From Piedraia hortae CBS 480.64 (Eukaryota), in NCBI GenBank assembly GCA_010093745.1, contig MU005957.1, positions 558,001-622,000 on the forward strand: a stretch of 64,000 bases of DNA, in the 5' to 3' direction. The notes beneath the pieces are model-generated. The model saw only the letters and a program-made list of their open reading frames with translations, had not been told where the DNA came from and ran no database searches. Both the position numbers and the translations under genes were made by a program. The first letter of the stretch is position 1, and the number at the start of each line of letters is the position of its first letter. Positions 49,896 through 61,584 of the stretch are shown here, piece by piece.

Positions 49896-52802
49896 ATGGC
49901 AGCAGCTACCACTATGAACAGTTACGCGCCGGTCCTGAGCGCGCTGGCGACCATGTCCTCGAATGCCGACCGATCGTCCAAGGGCCAGGCACACCAATAC
50001 CTCGAGCAATTCCAAAAGAGCGAAGGCGCATGGACGTCTACATTTGAGATTCTGAGCTCGCCACAGGCCACGGATGAGGCCAGACTGTTTGCGGCGACGA
50101 CGCTGAAGGGAAAAATCATCTTCGACTTCCACCAGCTGCCGCGGGGGACGCTGCCAGACCTGCGCGATACGCTGCTCAGGCTGTTGAAGTCATACGCGGG
50201 CGGCCCGAAGCCGATAAGAACGTCTCTCTGCGTCAGCCTGGCAAACCTGGCCATACAGATGTTGGACTGGAAGGACGTGCTGCAGACGGTGCTGGTGGCA
50301 CTCGGAGGGGACAGCACTGCCTGTCTGTTTGAGTTTCTGCACGTTCTGCCAGAGGAAGTCACACAGGGCCGCAAAATAAATCTTTCGGAGGACGATCTTG
50401 AGCAGCGCACTAAGGAGCTGCTGGAGGGGAATGCGTCACGCGTGCTGCAGTTGTTGGTTCAATACGGGCAGTCATCGCCGGAGGCGGCGCAGAACCCATT
50501 GCTGATTGAATGTATCACATCGTGGATGAAGGAGGCACCGCTCTCGCTTATTGTGCGCTCGCCGTTGATGGACATGGTCATGAACGGGCTGATGGCGGAT
50601 GCTTCATTTGAAGCGGCCGTAGAGGCGCTCTGTGCCATACTGCGGGAGACACGGGACGTAGACGAGAGTGTGGAGATGATCAGGGAGCTGTACCCCAGGG
50701 TCGCCACGCTACAGCCGCGAATAAAACAGTATGCAGACGTTGAAGACTGGGAGTCATTCAAGGGCATAACGCGCATCCTAGCCGAAGCCGGTGAGGCGTG
50801 GGTAGTGATCATTGCCCGTGAGCCGGCGCAGTTCCGTCCGCTGGTAGAGGCGGTGCTGGAGTGCTGTCTCCTCGATAAGGAGCGGGAGGCTCTGTCGGTG
50901 ACGTTCAACTTCTGGTACGAGTTGAAGCAGTACATTACTCTAGACCGGTACGTGGAGGCGAGAATGGCCATGTACGACCTATATTCGCGCCTGGTCGATG
51001 TGATGATGGGTCATCTGGAGTTCCCACAGCCCGAAGGAGAAGGTGCCGACCTGTTTGAGGGCGACCGAGAAGCCGAGGACCGCTTCCGGGAGTTCCGCCA
51101 TCTGATGGGTGACGTGCTCAAGGACTGCTGCGAGGTCGTGGGCACGATAGAATGTTTGAAGAAGAGCTACGAGCGCATCGAATTGTGGGTGAGCAAGTAC
51201 GCGCAGACTGATCAGGCAACTGTCCCTCACTGGCAGGAACTGGAGGCGCCGCTCTTCAGTCTGCGTGCAATGGGCCGCATGGTGGCGCCCGATGAGACGG
51301 TCATGTTGCCCCGGCTGATATCGCTGATAGTACAGAGTCCAGATCAGGAAAAGGTCCGCTTCCAGGCTGTCATGGTGCTTGGAAGGTACACGGAGTGGAC
51401 GGCGCAACATCCGGAAACCCTCCAAGAGCAGCTCAGTTTCATCATGAACGCCTTCCAACATCCGTCCAAGGAAGTCGTCCGAGCGGCCGCGTTGAGCTTC
51501 AAGTTCTTTTGCGACGATTGCGCCGAGCTTCTGAAGCCGTACATGTCACAGCTTCTGCAATTCTACGATCAGATTCTAGACTCGCTTCCTCCAGCGGGCC
51601 AGGAAGAGGTTACAGAGGGAGTGGCTGCTGTGTTGGCTGTGCAGCCGCTGGACCAGCTATATCAATACTTTAGCGGTTGCTCCCAATCAGTTGTCCGGCG
51701 ATTGATCTCCATGGCAGAACAGGCAACAGACAAAGACCAAAAACTCGCGATTGCCGATCGGCTCAATCTGATTGCCATCTTGGTGGAGCGCGTTTGTCCA
51801 TATGTGCCGCCTATGCAAGAGCATCCATTGGTGAAGTACTGCCAAGAGATCTTTCCCATCTTGTCAGCCATCCTCAAACGATTCGTCACCTTTGAGCCTA
51901 TAGCAGAGCGAGTGTGCAGTTGCTGGCGACAGATGGTCCTTTGCTATCGCGACCACATGGCTCCTTTGTTGCCAGATCTGGCTCAAACGCTGGGCGCGGG
52001 CTTCACAGAGTCCAAGCAGGGGTGCTTCTTATGGGCTACGGACAGCATTGTGCGGGAGTTTAGTGGCGAAGATGGGGCTGGTGATGGTTCCACATCCCAG
52101 GCTGTATATGGGTTTTACGAGGCACAGGCGACGACATTTTTGCGAGCACTCAACGATCTCGCACCGGATCAATTACCAGACGTGATTGAAGACTTTTTCC
52201 GGTTAAGTGTAGATGCGCTGCTGTACCACGCCTCCCGCTTACTCTCCAGCTCGCTGATGCCGTCCATTCTCTCGGCAGCTTCAATCTCGCTTACCTTGCT
52301 CAAGGTGGAGCCTGTCATATCTACGTTGCACTTCCTGCGTGACGTGCTGGCGTATGGCGGTGAAGACTGCCCTTCATCCTCGTTGACCCGATCACAACAG
52401 GAGCGAACAAGAAACCCTCCAGAAATACGAGCAGCCGTCAAGCAACTCACACTTACGGCTGGAGAAACATTGGTGCAGCGATGTCTGACCGGGATGATGT
52501 ATACGTTGCCAGAAGAATGCATACCCGATGCATCAGGCGTCATGTTGGCTCTTCTGGAGCTACTGCCAGTAGAGACGCTGACGTGGACTCAGACGTGCAT
52601 CAGTATGCTTCCCGCTGGGAGCGTCGCGCCGCAAGAACAGGAGCGACTGATGCAAGGCCTACGGCAACAAATTCAGGAAGGACAAATGAACAAGGTGCGT
52701 CCTTTGCTACGAGAATTTACAAATAGCTACCGTCGACGAAACGTGGCACCGCGAGAAGGGCTGGGAAGGTTAGAAGCAAGCAAGTTCACATTTGCAGGAT
52801 AG
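49896..52802 (+). CDS. MTR10: Importin-beta family nuclear import receptor Mtr10/transportin-3
   Basis: AHQYLEQFQKS..LFAATTLKGKI, HVLPEEV, FREFRHLMGDVLKDCC, WQELEAPLFSLRAMG, FTNSYRRRNVAPR. Confidence 0.95.
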   Translation: MAAATTMNSYAPVLSALATMSSNADRSSKGQAHQYLEQFQKSEGAWTSTFEILSSPQATDEARLFAATTLKGKIIFDFHQLPRGTLPDLRDTLLRLLKSYAGGPKPIRTSLCVSLANLAIQMLDWKDVLQTVLVALGGDSTACLFEFLHVLPEEVTQGRKINLSEDDLEQRTKELLEGNASRVLQLLVQYGQSSPEAAQNPLLIECITSWMKEAPLSLIVRSPLMDMVMNGLMADASFEAAVEALCAILRETRDVDESVEMIRELYPRVATLQPRIKQYADVEDWESFKGITRILAEAGEAWVVIIAREPAQFRPLVEAVLECCLLDKEREALSVTFNFWYELKQYITLDRYVEARMAMYDLYSRLVDVMMGHLEFPQPEGEGADLFEGDREAEDRFREFRHLMGDVLKDCCEVVGTIECLKKSYERIELWVSKYAQTDQATVPHWQELEAPLFSLRAMGRMVAPDETVMLPRLISLIVQSPDQEKVRFQAVMVLGRYTEWTAQHPETLQEQLSFIMNAFQHPSKEVVRAAALSFKFFCDDCAELLKPYMSQLLQFYDQILDSLPPAGQEEVTEGVAAVLAVQPLDQLYQYFSGCSQSVVRRLISMAEQATDKDQKLAIADRLNLIAILVERVCPYVPPMQEHPLVKYCQEIFPILSAILKRFVTFEPIAERVCSCWRQMVLCYRDHMAPLLPDLAQTLGAGFTESKQGCFLWATDSIVREFSGEDGAGDGSTSQAVYGFYEAQATTFLRALNDLAPDQLPDVIEDFFRLSVDALLYHASRLLSSSLMPSILSAASISLTLLKVEPVISTLHFLRDVLAYGGEDCPSSSLTRSQQERTRNPPEIRAAVKQLTLTAGETLVQRCLTGMMYTLPEECIPDASGVMLALLELLPVETLTWTQTCISMLPAGSVAPQEQERLMQGLRQQIQEGQMNKVRPLLREFTNSYRRRNVAPREGLGRLEASKFTFAG

Positions 52803-53053
52803 GTATCGTGTAGTTAGATGCGATTTTTTCCGCGAACAGCAAAGATTGTTAATTCACAGCGGTGGCCTTGGCGCCTTGACTCTGCGAGCCCAATTTACGA
52901 AGGCGTTGCCGGGGCGACGATCATAGATCAGGGGACAGATCTCGCTCATCTGTCAAGCGCTGTCAATCTTCTCCTTTACACTTTACCGACAGTTGACATT
53001 TACGACCACGACATCTGAGGATTGCAGAACAGAAGCTGCGAAACAACGATCAA

Positions 53054-53686
53054 ATGATGGTGCGTTCGTCTTCCATCTGCAGCCACCGGTAACCGGGCAA
53101 CGCCACGCGTGTAACTGCGCACGTGATGACGGTTGGCATCAACAACACCTACACCTCGCGCTTCCCTCTCGGCATATCTTTCCGTACACTGACAAAATAT
53201 GGCGGATCAGGCAGCACAAAGCACCAACTTCAAGGAGGCCTTTGCTCTCTTCGATAAGCGGGGTCAGGGCCGCGTGCAGCGCGACAGTCTCGGCGACCTT
53301 TTACGAGCATGCGGTCAAAACCCAACACTGGCCGAGATCCGGGATCTGGAGGCCCAAGTGGGCGGTGACTGTGCGTACCCCTTCTAGTCTGCAGGCTGCA
53401 TCCATACTGACAGATGGAAACAGTCGACTTCGACTCTTTCACTCGCATTCTCAACCGCCCGGGCGGTTTCCGCGACCCTGGCCCGGCAGAAGAATACTGT
53501 CGCGGCTTCCAGGTGTTTGACAAGGACCTTACAGGCTTCATCGGCGTTGGTCAGTTCCGCTACATCCTGACAAATCTGGGCGAGAAGATGAGCGACGAGG
53601 AGGTTGACGAGCTCCTCAAGGCGGTCGATACGTCTTCTGGCGAGCTCAACTACGTCGACATGGTCAAGACTATTCTCGCAAACTAA
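53054..53686 (+). CDS. MLC1: Myosin light chain Mlc1/Cdc4 (EF-hand); start either ATG 53054/53057 plus intron or ATG 53199; intron 53371-53423
   Basis: STNFKEAFALFDKRG..LGDLLRACGQNPTLAEI..ILNRPGGF..FQVFDKDLTGFIGVGQFRYILTNLGEKMSDEEVDELLK. Confidence 0.93.
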
Positions 53687-54560
53687 GCATTGTAATTAGA
53701 CGACGGAGTTTGATGCGTTTTCGGTCTATGAATTTTTCGTCTCTTCTGATGATGTCAATGACTCTGTGATATGTAGACTTGTGCAGTGCCGTGTTAAAAA
53801 CATCACTCGCGGACAAGCCCTTAGACGTGTTTCACAGGCTTGTTGTCAAATGTCGAGCCGCCGATGATGTTCACATCCAGGTGCGACAGTCTGTGCGTCA
53901 ATAAACTCTGACTGGTTTCCTCTTTGGGCGATCGTCAAACTGCAAACTTTTCACAACATGAAAACAACATCTAATTACACGAACCACAATTATACAAAAA
54001 CAGCAATCAATACATCTTAATTCCCCTAGTTATTGTTGGCATGAAGTCTCGTTGCTATGAGTGAACGATGCCACTACGCGACACCTCCTACACCAGCAGC
54101 TGCACCAGAAGCTGCACCCTAGGTTTTGTCCTCACAGAGGTTTCCCTCAGGGTCATGCCATATGCGACATGGTGAATGTGCCCTGCTACTGTTTGAGGTG
54201 AGCCTTGGAGTAAGACTGCATGCTAACGGTCTTACTGCATGTATAACCACTTGCTTACGGTCATACAATTGATGGCTCCTTCATACGAGGCTACGCACTG
54301 GCCTACCGGCCCAGCATATGTTCTCTGATGTTCCCTCGTAGATAAACTTATATTCACTTGTAAACACACCTCTACTCACCATCCATCGTTCTCACTCGCA
54401 AATGCCATTTGTTTCAGTTATCGTGATCACTCACCGCGTTAATCGCAAATGTCCTCATCATCACCGCAAGGGAGTGGTACCTCTGAGCCTCGCGCAGGAG
54501 GAACAGCTTCAAGCTCGGGAAACCATTATACCTTTTCGGAACATGGGGGTCCTCCGGGTC

Positions 54561-55779
54561 CTATTCCACCACTCCATCCGCCTGTCGCTCCAACACCCTG
54601 GCGACCTCAGCGAATGCCAACCCGGCGAAAAACTCGTGGACCTTGTCCGCTGGACTCTCCTCATTGTGCACTGATCCCTTGAGCACGAAGTTACTTAACA
54701 ACCTCGCGCGCGTGGCCTCCTGAATCGCGAGCACCACCGAGGGCGGAGGCCGTGTGTGCCTCATCACATCACCAGCAGTCCCGTAAACTTCATAGAGCTG
54801 ATCACTGATCCTCCCCAGCGCAGTCCCAACAACATGGTCCGCCTCAGCCGCCGTAATCCCCGCGCCCGCCTGCGGGATGCTATGATACCTCTCCTCCAAC
54901 TGCGCATTATGGTTCCTCTTGCAACCAGCAGGTGCCTGAATCCGCGCGCACTGTGTATCCACCGCATCAGAGTACTGCACCAGCCTATTGATCGAATCGC
55001 GGTTCTTCAAACCCCTCCTCCCAATCCCAACTTCACCTTCATCCTCCTCCTCCTCCTCCTCCTCCTCCTCCTGCTCATTCTCTCCACCCACAGCATAATT
55101 CACTGGCTTATTCAACGACTCACGATCCCTCAACTTCCTCCTCCCAATCCCGTAACCCCTGGCCTCAATCCCCTGCGCAGCAACCTCTCCATCGTCACTC
55201 TCCACCCTCACCGACCTCGACCTCCGACTCGACCCCGGCTTTTGTCTCTTCGCTCTCAACTCACGAATCGGCAGTTCCTCCTCCGAAACATCCGGCCTCC
55301 TCTTTCGTCTCGAAGCGACCCTTTAAGCGGCCCACGGGGACTCAGCCTCCTCCTCCTCCTCTTCATCCTCAACACGCTTCCTCTTTCCCCGGCCTTGGCT
55401 GGCGTCCCCCCTCCCACAAAGCTTACACGCACGCTCCCCCTCCTGTCCCTCATACAACCACCTAAAATGCTCGAGAAAAGTACTGAAACTCTTAAACAAG
55501 AATTCAGAACTATAGTCCCCTCCCCCCGAGGGGTGCCCGCCGAGTTAATAATCCCTCTCCCGTACATATGTGACGATGGGGTAGTATCCCGTCATGAGGA
55601 CGTCGGCGATGTAGGTTTCGTATTGATGGAAATTGCACTGTCGGGAAATGAACTTGCCCACTTCCAGGCGCCATCGTGGGTGTCTCGCCCGGTATTCGAG
55701 TGTGGAGGCATTCTCTTGGAGGGGAGCCGACGCCGTCGCTTGGGGTAGTTAGGGGAATTTTGGTATAGGATTCGATCAT
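54561..55779 (-). pseudogene. Disrupted paralog of the adjacent Clr2-N-domain gene
   Basis: MIES..PSDG, then frameshift to WRLEVGKFI..RDY*LGGHPSGG..FKSFSTFLEHFRWLY..ACKLC; further stops before the acidic/basic ORF 54561-55259. Confidence 0.6.
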
Positions 55780-56134
55780 TTTGACGGGTGGGGAGAGATG
55801 CTTCGCGAGTTCTTGGGTTTTTGGGGTGAGAAAGATGGCTATTTCCGGGTTTTTTGGGCTTGGTGGACGCCGGGTGCGGTTGGTTTTCTGTTGGCTGTGG
55901 ATATATTGGGGAGGGGGGGGTTTCTTTTGTGTGCACATTGCGTCTGGAAATGATGCGATATGTTGGGTGGTTCTTTGAGTTTTAGGTAGTTGGAATTTGT
56001 GCACCTGTGTGCTGAACGGTGATATCTACGCTGGGTTTTCCCTTGCACCATCCCTGCGAATATATACGATTTAATTCATCACAATTGATCAAAAACAAAA
56101 AACAGTCGGGACATTTGTAGTACTTCCCTCAGCA

Positions 56135-57804
56135 TTAACGAGGCCGCTCGTCGTTATTGTCACCATTGCCGTTCTGAAGGAGGCGGGGATCGATATTCGG
56201 CGGGAGCTGCTGCTGCTGAGCAGGTGCGGGTTGAGCACCCAGCTGGTTGGGCAGGACAACATGAATCTGTCCTTGTTGAAAAATGTAATTGGGCGCGGTA
56301 TATTTGACTTGATTGGGAGCTGCTGCGTAAACTGCGCCTTGGGGTTGCGTGGGTTGGATGACTGTTCCGCCTTGCTGAACATAACCTGCGCCTTGAGCTT
56401 GCATACCAGGCTGGGCGACGGCAGGATGAGTGACCGGCACGTAGTACTGTGCATTTGGTGCGGCCTGATATTGCACCGTAGGCTGGGTAAATGCTACCGG
56501 GGCGGGTGGTACGGCCTGAACAGGGATGTATTGGGGTTGAATAGAAGGTCCAGCTTGAACGTAGCCCTGGGGAGGGTATCCGACTTGGGATTGGCCGTAT
56601 GTGGGCCGAGTTGAAGGCCCAACTTGAGCGTAGCCCTGGGGAGTGGGTCCAGGATGGAATGGCTGATGATACGTTTGTTGGCCGGGGGTTCCACCCTGGA
56701 CATTCGCCTGAAGGGATTGTTGTTCAGTTGGCCTTTCGCGGAATAAGCTCTGTGCAGCAGTCTCTTCGAAGAGACTGGCGACAAAGACCAGGTGCCGCCA
56801 GCGCAAGGACCAACGATTGATCTCTTCGTTTAAGCTATCCAAGTAGGGATCTTCCGGTTGAGAAATTTGTCTGAGACGCGATTCTTGTCCTTTTAAACGA
56901 TTAATCACGTCCACATAATGAATCCTCCATTCGTCAACGGCTCCGTGCAATCTGATAAGATCCAACGCGTACTCGGGGCCACGTCGCCGGGGTTGTGTGA
57001 GAAATACCGAAAGCTCGTCCTGCAAGGCTTGGGTGTAATCCTGAAACGGACGAGTCTGGTTTCCATCGTGAATCGTAAGGAGCTCAAGTCCTATTGCGGC
57101 CAGTGGTTGCATCTCCTGCCCTTGGGCAGGCCTGAATTGCTGGAATATAGCAATTCCTAGTCCTTCAAGATCAACGGCAGGCACATCTCCATCCAACGTA
57201 CTTAGCCAGTCGATCGCGTTCTGAACAGTGGATAAGAATTGAACGGTAGGGTCGCGCAAGGCAGCACCGATTGTTATGCTCTCTTGTTGAGAAGGAGCTG
57301 GGTCAGAAGGGCCCTCGGATCGCCTTTGGCGTTTTCTTGCGCTGGGGGCGGTCAAGTCCTCCCGTGCACGCTTCTTGGGATGTTCATTCTTCCTTTGCGC
57401 TTCACAGAGCCTGCAGTCGCAAAGATCGTCATCTCGCGGCTCTCTTTGGAGCCAGTCGAAATGCGGTCGGAATGTTGCCCAGCTGTCGTATGTCCTGTGG
57501 GAGGGATGGCCAAATAGATAATGATCCAAAGTGTTAGAGTTGATGCGTTGGACAGAGTAACCGCTATAACCGCCTGGTAACCTGGTTACTTGGTAACCGT
57601 GGAGGAGAGGCCTCAGGTCCCTTTGCATGGCCAAGTAAGAGGCAATCCACCTCATCCAAACGTGGTCATTAGAAATGTACCTGGTTTGTTCAGGTCTCGG
57701 ACGATGAGCCGCTGCAAATGCTGTTAGCTTTATTTGGGTGGGTTGTGACCATCCCTACCGTCACCATCCGTTCGGTTACTATAGGTCAAAATGGTGCTAT
57801 TCAT
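56135..57804 (-). CDS. Protein with Clr2 N-terminal (Clr2_transil-like) domain and Q/P/Y-rich C-terminus (intron 57712-57758)
   Basis: MNSTILTYSNRTDGD/AAHRP..WMRWIASYL..RLPGGY..DHYLFGHPS..YDSWATFRPHFDWL..CDCRLC; NLS-like KKRAR and RKRQRR. Confidence 0.75.
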
Positions 57805-60002
57805 TTTGATAACGAGTCTCAGGTAACGAGAAGTGCCTTACACGTCTGTTATTCAACCCAAATTCTTAGACAAGATGTTGTTGGCCGCATGCGGTCACCT
57901 CAGATTATGTATGCGTTGTTCTTGCTCTATTTGGCTTCCACTGGCGGCGAATTAGACAAGAAAGTTCTGGAGATTCTCGCGTAGCAAATATCAACTATAC
58001 TACTTCATGCCCATGCCATCCGTGAAATTGGAAGTTCTCATATGCTGCCTTTGCATCATGTGCAGTGCGATGGTAGCTTCTTTGCTCACCGGACTGTTTA
58101 CAAAGGCCTTTGTCTCTCTTTGTCTCTTCCCCGGATAAAGCATGCCTTTGTTCATGTAAATAGCAAAGGCCTTGTGTATACAAGGAAAGTGTATGCCACC
58201 CAGGTGTTGGTCGTGACTTATATAGTAGACGGGCCGCAAACATCTTGTGTTTGCAATCTAGCGCGAACAGCGCACGAGTGATCTACCGTGCACGATCAGG
58301 CACTTTTTGCAAAAATAACAAAAAATGAATCCAATAGATGCTGGTATGAAGCCTCATAGCTAGACGCACGTAAGCATATACCACAGGAGTCCCCAACAAT
58401 GAGGCGCTTCCCCCATGGTTTATGATCACACTCGTGACGTAACGGATGCGCTCCCAGTTGCAGGTGTCACGGAACTGTCCTGTCAGCTGTCAACTCTAAT
58501 GAAATTACATAGTCCCTGAATAGAAATATGAACTCAAATGATAAAGGCAGCATAGCTGGTCCTCAACATGAAGGGCTCTGCTCGTCTCCGGAGCGGTGGA
58601 GAAGCTCGCATCAGCAGGTATCCGGTTAGCTTCAGTACTTTGTGATTCCCAAACCCAGACACCGTGTTATGCATTATAGCTTGCGGTCTGTCTCATTCCA
58701 CAGATCCTCATATATACGCCAAACACCACCAAATTGCTTTGGACATTGCGCTTGGTCTAGGAACTCACGTGTGACAAACACTAGTTTCACGAGGGCCATG
58801 TGTGGCTTGTTTCAGCCAGTTAACCCGCGAGGGACCACCGTTCCAGATCAGACTTTTCCGGCGGTGTATCTCCGCAACTACATGCAACTGACTTCCAGAG
58901 TATGGCAGCTTGACTACCCGTTTCCTGCTCATGCTGGTAGCCTCTCACCACACAACTCCCACAGCGCACAAAGCAAGATTCTGAATAAAGCGATCTCTTC
59001 TCCACAAATGGAAAGATTCCGACGCCAGGTCTAGTTTCATCACGGTCATATCCTCGCAGATATAGTAAGTTGGCCAAAAGCATGACCAACTGCACCAGAC
59101 CACTGCTTTGCTACCTCTGATCATCTCCTCAACCAGCCTCGCTTTTGACTATAATATCACTAGCCTCTCATAAACACTCTCATAATCACTCAAACCTCAC
59201 TGAACACAACCAACTTTCCTTCCTAGCAGACCGTAAGCATATGGATCTAAAGAACCAAACACTTATGCCATGTCCATTGAATATAATCAATAAGAGGAAT
59301 TCACGGTTTTTTCAAGCACACAAAGCCCGAGTAAAGCGTCTTAATGCGTCTCCGACTCAATCTGACGAGATTCGGGGTTTGAAGCATCGAACACCTTCGC
59401 AGACGAACCAGGGAACAGATTCCATGTGGTGCTTCCCGAGGTTTAAATCTCCTCGTGTCTTTCCAACTTTACAGGAGACTGAGATTGTATCCATGAAAGC
59501 TTTCGGGCCCAGTCACTCAGCTGTCTGCTCGCAAGGATCTCACGGGTTAAGTGATCGTGAAATCCCAGTCAACAAGAGAGGTTCCGTGGCGAAGCAAAGG
59601 CGAAGCAACATATTTGTGAACCAACGGACATAAACAAAAGATGTGTATAGACCTGATAGAAGCCATCCCGAGCATGACTTGGCAGTGTCAACACAGGTGT
59701 CATTGTCGCGAACGCAAAGCTTACAAATACGGCCCTTCATCCGGGCCTGACTGAGGTGGGTATAGAGGGAGACTGTGTCGACTCAAAATCACAAATTCGC
59801 AAAGATGCTATATCACCATCGTTAAGACCTGGAAAGGTGACATTCGAGAACCTTTGACAGATCAGTCAATTCAACTTGTCCCAACACATCTATCTCCAAA
59901 TGACAAGAATCACCACACAACAACCTGTACTGCTCTATCCACACAACACTCTACAAAGAACTACATACACCGACAAACTTATCTCCAATCAGCAACATCC
60001 CC

Positions 60003-60683
60003 TTAAAACCTAGCCGGTGAGGAGGCAGACGGCACAACAGAGCTGGAAGCCGATGGCGACGCCTCCTCCTCATCGTCGCTGTCCGAATCATCACTATCAC
60101 TATCACTATCCGAGTCCGGATCATGCTTGTTCTCATCACAATCCTCACCAACCTTCTCAGCCTCGTGACGCTTGACCTTCTTATGCTCATCCTCATCATC
60201 AGAGCCCTCATCATCAGAGTCCTCATCAGAATCCTCATCCTCATTCTTCTTAGCGGGGGTGGTATTCTCCGTTCTCTTCCCCAGGCCAAGCATGGAAGCG
60301 ACTCTCTTGACGAGGCCTGCGGGTTCGGCACCAGTCTCATTAATGCCGCCGTCCCACCTGCCGTAGACGCACGACGGCTTGATGTAGCAGGTAGCGTAAT
60401 CTTTTTCGCAGGCGGATGCGACGGTCCATTCATCACAGAAGATTCCGCAGGCTTCGGTTTCGAAGACAACCCACTCGCCTGGGATGGGGTCAACACCGTT
60501 GCCGGGGACCCAGCTGGTGCACTTTGGGGCGGCATAGGTGGTGTTGGATTGGGAAATGGTCCATGTTGCGCAGAGTTTATTGGCTGGGTTGGGGATCACC
60601 TTCTCGTTAACAGGCTCGAGGTAGATATCTAGGTCATTGATGGGTGCGGCAAGGGCGAGGGGGGCGAGGAGAGCGAGAAACAT
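60003..60683 (-). CDS. Small secreted Cys-rich protein with KR sites and a D/E/S-rich tail
   Basis: Signal peptide MFLALLAPLALA-AP; 7 Cys in the N-terminal domain; LVKR, LGKR, KVKR; acidic low-complexity tail. Confidence 0.75.
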   Translation of the reverse strand: MFLALLAPLALAAPINDLDIYLEPVNEKVIPNPANKLCATWTISQSNTTYAAPKCTSWVPGNGVDPIPGEWVVFETEACGIFCDEWTVASACEKDYATCYIKPSCVYGRWDGGINETGAEPAGLVKRVASMLGLGKRTENTTPAKKNEDEDSDEDSDDEGSDDEDEHKKVKRHEAEKVGEDCDENKHDPDSDSDSDSDDSDSDDEEEASPSASSSVVPSASSPARF

Positions 60684-60916
60684 CGTGGTTGCCGTTGGGA
60701 TGAGAGAGGTTGGGTGGGAGAGGAAGGGTGGGAGAGGAAGGGGAGTTTGTGTTTTTTGTAGGGATACTTCGTTGGGGGGTCTATCTCCGATCGTGAACGT
60801 GGAGGTCCGGTGGAGTGGTAAGGGGTGTCTTGTTGGGTATCCCGCACGTCTTTGTCAGTTCCGGAAGTTTGAGCTGGTAAGATATGGATGTATAAACTCT
60901 TCTAGAGATAGACTTC

Positions 60917-61526
60917 TCATAGTTTCGGTTCATCATTGGCCATTTCATCATGGAGCCAACGAGCTTCTTGTTCCATGATCTCCATCGTACGCTCAACTCT
61001 CTCCTCATCATGGCTCCACTTGCCCACTTTCCGTTCCCCTAGTCCCACCCCGTTGAACCGGTCAGCCTCCTCGGCCGCTTGACGTTGAATCCGTCCAATG
61101 TTCCCCTCTTCCCCTTCCAGCCACCGATGTACCTTGTCATCGCCGCCCGCATCATCCTTCTGACGCGGAATCACATGGCAATGGACGTGTGGTACGCTCT
61201 GGCCCGCGGCTTCACCGTCCTGGACCGCCACGTTGAACCCATCCGCGCGGTACAGCCGGGCCAGAGTCTGCTGGACCCGTCTGACGGTGCTAAAGAGATC
61301 GACAGTCTCTTCGTGCGTGAGATCGCTTAACCGCGGCTTCACCGCCAGTGAACATACAAGCACGTGACCAGGAAGTAGTGGCTTTAGGTTGACGACTGCA
61401 AATGAGTGTGCCGTCGTGTGAAATACCTGCTGGTTAGCCGGTTCGTGACATGCACCTGTGTCAATGTACCTGAGATGTCACATTGAAGGGTCCAAAGTGG
61501 ATTGTGCGGCCGGGAAAAGGAGGCAT
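60917..61526 (-). CDS. HNT2: Fhit-family dinucleoside triphosphate hydrolase (1 intron)
   Basis: IHFGPFNVTSQ/VF..SFAVVNLKPLLPGHVLV..FNVAVQDGEAAGQSVPHVHCHVIPR (HIT motif). Confidence 0.93.
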
Positions 61527-61584
61527 GTTGTGGTGGAAGTGGAGATGCTACAGCTATCGTAATGTCACGGTGTCGTAGTCATTC

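Noticed and set aside
58000..59900. ORFs such as 59145-59633
   Set aside because: No recognisable domain or consistent gene structure; could be a decayed gene but unsupported
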